Shown: positions 12,574 through 13,580 of the stretch, one piece after another | Numbering within the stretch: the first letter of the stretch is position 1 | Layout of the letters: each line of letters starts with the position of its first letter | From: a virus | Strand: one strand, 5' to 3' | Length of the DNA stretch: 13,580 bases | IMG/VR virus record: IMGVR_UViG_3300045988_031658 | Location: 1 to 13,580 of that record | Made by a program: the position numbers and the translations under genes | Notes under the pieces: generated by a model | What the model was told of the DNA's origin: nothing | Seen by the model: only the letters and a program-made list of their open reading frames with translations | Databases searched by the model: none

Positions 12574-13392
12574 ATGAGCGCAACAAATAAGACATTAAAT
12601 TATGAATTACCGATTTTTATTGACACTGATAAACCGTCGTGGCTGGGAGATTGGAACGGTGCAATGACGAAGATTGACAACTCTATCAAGACTATTGATG
12701 GGGTTGCCGAGTCGGGCGTTACGACGGCGAATGAAGCGTTGACAACTGCCGAGGGTGCAGTGACGACTGCCGGAAATGCGCTGACTGCTTCGGGCGAAGC
12801 AAAAACGGAAGCTACCGCCGCTAAGACGCTGGCAAATAATGCTTACACACTGGCTGGCGATGCTCAGGTTAACTCAAATATCGCTATTGCGGATAGTACG
12901 AAAAATAAAAATGATATTAAGACAGTTGATGACAAGTTATCAGTTAATTATATTTCTTTAACAAAAGTTGCATCCGGTTCTGCATATAACTCTAATGCTT
13001 TTGTATCTAAATATATGTCAAAAATTATATATACAATGGAAACTTCAAGTTTAAAAACTATGGAAAAAGAAGCCGTAAAAGGAACACACTATAAAATTCC
13101 TTTTTCTAGTGTGCCAGGTAACGTTTTCAATCTTTTGGCTGATACTGTTGGTGATAACGCACATACTGTTTCATTGGAGTATGGAATATCGGAAATTAGA
13201 ACTGCCTCTAATGTGTCATGGAAGTTTACTAGTATTATACTTTGGTTCGATGGCGTAAACACTAAATTAGGAGTATGGCTGGATAATGATTATGCAACTA
13301 CTATCGAAGGATTTTCTTGCTATGGTTCTGTAACTTTCCTTCCTACAGGAAAAATTATTACACCTGTTGACATGTTAATGAGTGTGCAGTAA
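12574..13392 (+). CDS. Putative receptor-binding tail fibre protein (272 aa)
   Basis: The N-terminus LNYELPIFIDTDKPSWLGDWNGAMTKID resembles the conserved N-terminal anchor of Firmicutes phage fibres. It is followed by an A/T/G-rich coiled stalk and then an AT-rich, beta-type C-terminal domain. It is the last gene before the terminator. Confidence 0.5.
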   Translation: MSATNKTLNYELPIFIDTDKPSWLGDWNGAMTKIDNSIKTIDGVAESGVTTANEALTTAEGAVTTAGNALTASGEAKTEATAAKTLANNAYTLAGDAQVNSNIAIADSTKNKNDIKTVDDKLSVNYISLTKVASGSAYNSNAFVSKYMSKIIYTMETSSLKTMEKEAVKGTHYKIPFSSVPGNVFNLLADTVGDNAHTVSLEYGISEIRTASNVSWKFTSIILWFDGVNTKLGVWLDNDYATTIEGFSCYGSVTFLPTGKIITPVDMLMSVQ

Positions 13393-13395
13393 TAT
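13367..13395 (+). promoter_or_regulatory. Promoter-like motif at the right end (function doubtful)
   Basis: TTGACA at 13367-13372 is followed by a 17-nt spacer and TAATAT at 13390-13395, the same architecture as P1-P3. However, it lies inside the 3' end of the last CDS and points at the terminator and right ITR. Confidence 0.25.
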
Positions 13396-13399
13396 TATT

Positions 13400-13430
13400 G
13401 AGCGTACATTTAGGTGTACGCTCTTTTCTT
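13400..13430 (+). terminator. Rho-independent terminator of the late operon
   Basis: A 9-bp stem GAGCGTACA/TGTACGCTC (13400-13408 / 13415-13423) encloses the loop TTTAGG and is followed by TTTTCTT. Confidence 0.85.
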
Positions 13431-13452
13431 AATCAAACTGATTGCATGCTAG

Positions 13453-13533
13453 CTATTCAAGTTGTCAGACTTGTTGACGCAAAGGGGGGGAAAAGGGGTG
13501 AATTGTTTGAATTGTGTCTAAATTGTATTAGGT
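13453..13533. repeat. Right inverted terminal repeat (81 bp)
   Basis: It is the perfect reverse complement of 48..128. Confidence 0.85.
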
Positions 13534-13580
13534 CTGTCTCTTATACACATCTGACGCTGCCGACGATCTACTCTGTGTAG
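13534..13580. other. Illumina Nextera i5 adapter remnant (reverse complement)
   Basis: The sequence reads CTGTCTCTTATACACATCT + GACGCTGCCGACGA + TCTACTCT + GTGTAG. Confidence 0.97.

Noticed and set aside
48-13533. A circular or circularly permuted genome, or a temperate lifestyle
   Set aside because: The terminal repeat is inverted, not direct, so it does not indicate circular closure. No integrase, recombinase, excisionase or CI-like repressor is present. The small RHH protein alone is not evidence for lysogeny.

Overview
The window is one essentially complete linear genome (48..13533, 13,486 bp) of a miniature phi29-like podophage that replicates by protein priming. It is flanked on both sides by 47 nt of Illumina Nextera i5 adapter, which is a library artefact. 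The genome has perfect 81-bp inverted terminal repeats, and all roughly 20 genes lie on the + strand. They fall into blocks defined by three near-consensus sigma-A/sigma-70 promoters (TTGACA-17 nt-TAnnnT). P1 drives six small overlapping early ORFs (one a ribbon-helix-helix regulator), a candidate terminal protein and a protein-primed family-B DNA polymerase. P2 drives a bacterial-type SSB and a small ORF, ending in a terminator, followed by a phi29 gp16-like encapsidation ATPase. P3 drives a GC-rich structured 5' leader and then the late genes. These are a BhlA-like holin, a CHAP/NlpC-P60-like endolysin, a scaffold protein, the major capsid protein, a gp9-like tail knob and a tail lysozyme. 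They are followed by a gp10-like portal, a gp11-like lower collar, two fibre/receptor-binding proteins and a terminator. Strong AAGGAGGT ribosome-binding sites, extended -10 promoters and the BhlA-type holin suggest a Firmicutes host. No tRNA, CRISPR array, integrase or defence system is visible. The items most worth follow-up are listed here.
- A 70-nt three-way-junction RNA sits exactly at the predicted P3 transcription start, between the packaging ATPase gene and the holin gene.
- The tail-knob and tail-lysozyme genes meet out of frame over a G5AU4 run, which could be a +1 frameshift or fusion.
- The genome is very small and transcribed in one direction only.
- The ITR has internal repeat architecture, and there is a promoter-like motif at the right end.
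- The last gene shows an abrupt drop in GC content at its receptor-binding domain.
All homology statements come from remembered motifs, not from computed alignments.
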